A stretch of 64,000 bases of DNA from the NCBI RefSeq assembly GCF_036321535.1, contig NC_087437.1, positions 69,814,001-69,878,000 on the forward strand, read 5' to 3'. The DNA comes from Camelus dromedarius. Its lineage: Eukaryota. Made by a program: the position numbers and the translations under genes. Of the stretch, positions 63,823 to 64,000 are shown in pieces (within the stretch, counting starts at the first letter, position 1; every line of letters begins with the position of its first letter). The notes under the pieces are model-generated. The model did not search any database. It was given only the letters and a program-made list of their open reading frames with translations, and was not told the origin of the DNA.

Positions 63823-64000
63823 AAAACAGCGGAGAACCCAGTGCTGAAAGTTAAGCAGTGCCTGGGGAAACAGGAAAGGATAATAGGTAGAAAACATATA
63901 TAAATATGCCCTCTCTCCTTTCTTTCTCTCTATGTGTGTATACATATATATGTGCAACATATACACACACACAAAAATGATATGGGGGAAGAGGAATCAC

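Noticed and set aside
32460..64000. First coding exon and the alternative upstream exon known from human GAP43
   Set aside because: No MLCCMRRTKQ-coding segment or convincing match to the alternative exon was found by eye; an alignment is needed.
1..64000. CRISPR array, operon or other prokaryote-type system
   Set aside because: No regularly spaced repeat-spacer structure or gene-dense region; this is mammalian intronic DNA.

Overview
AT-rich mammalian genomic DNA lying inside the GAP43 (neuromodulin/B-50) gene, which is transcribed from the minus strand. The only supportable coding sequence is the large internal coding exon at 31851..32457 (607 nt; [42 protein letters not shown]...EEKI, with the IQ motif and PKC site Ser41). 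I did not find the first (MLCCMRRTKQ) or last coding exon, so positions above 32457 are upstream intron and positions below 31851 are downstream intron. The tRNA-Ala-derived SINEs resemble vic-1, which suggests a camelid (inference). The introns hold L1 pieces with readable target-site duplications, several solo LTRs, L2, MIR and hAT relics, microsatellites and an intronic CpG island. Repeat family names are from memory of consensus sequences, not a search. I see no evidence of a new protein-coding system, and the other listed ORFs are L1 remnants or chance. The most notable signals are a triplicated target site recording two successive insertions at one nick, a probable short L1 3' transduction, a convergent CTCF motif pair around the exon, a MER135-like hairpin with an AP-1 site, and recurrent RFX X-boxes.
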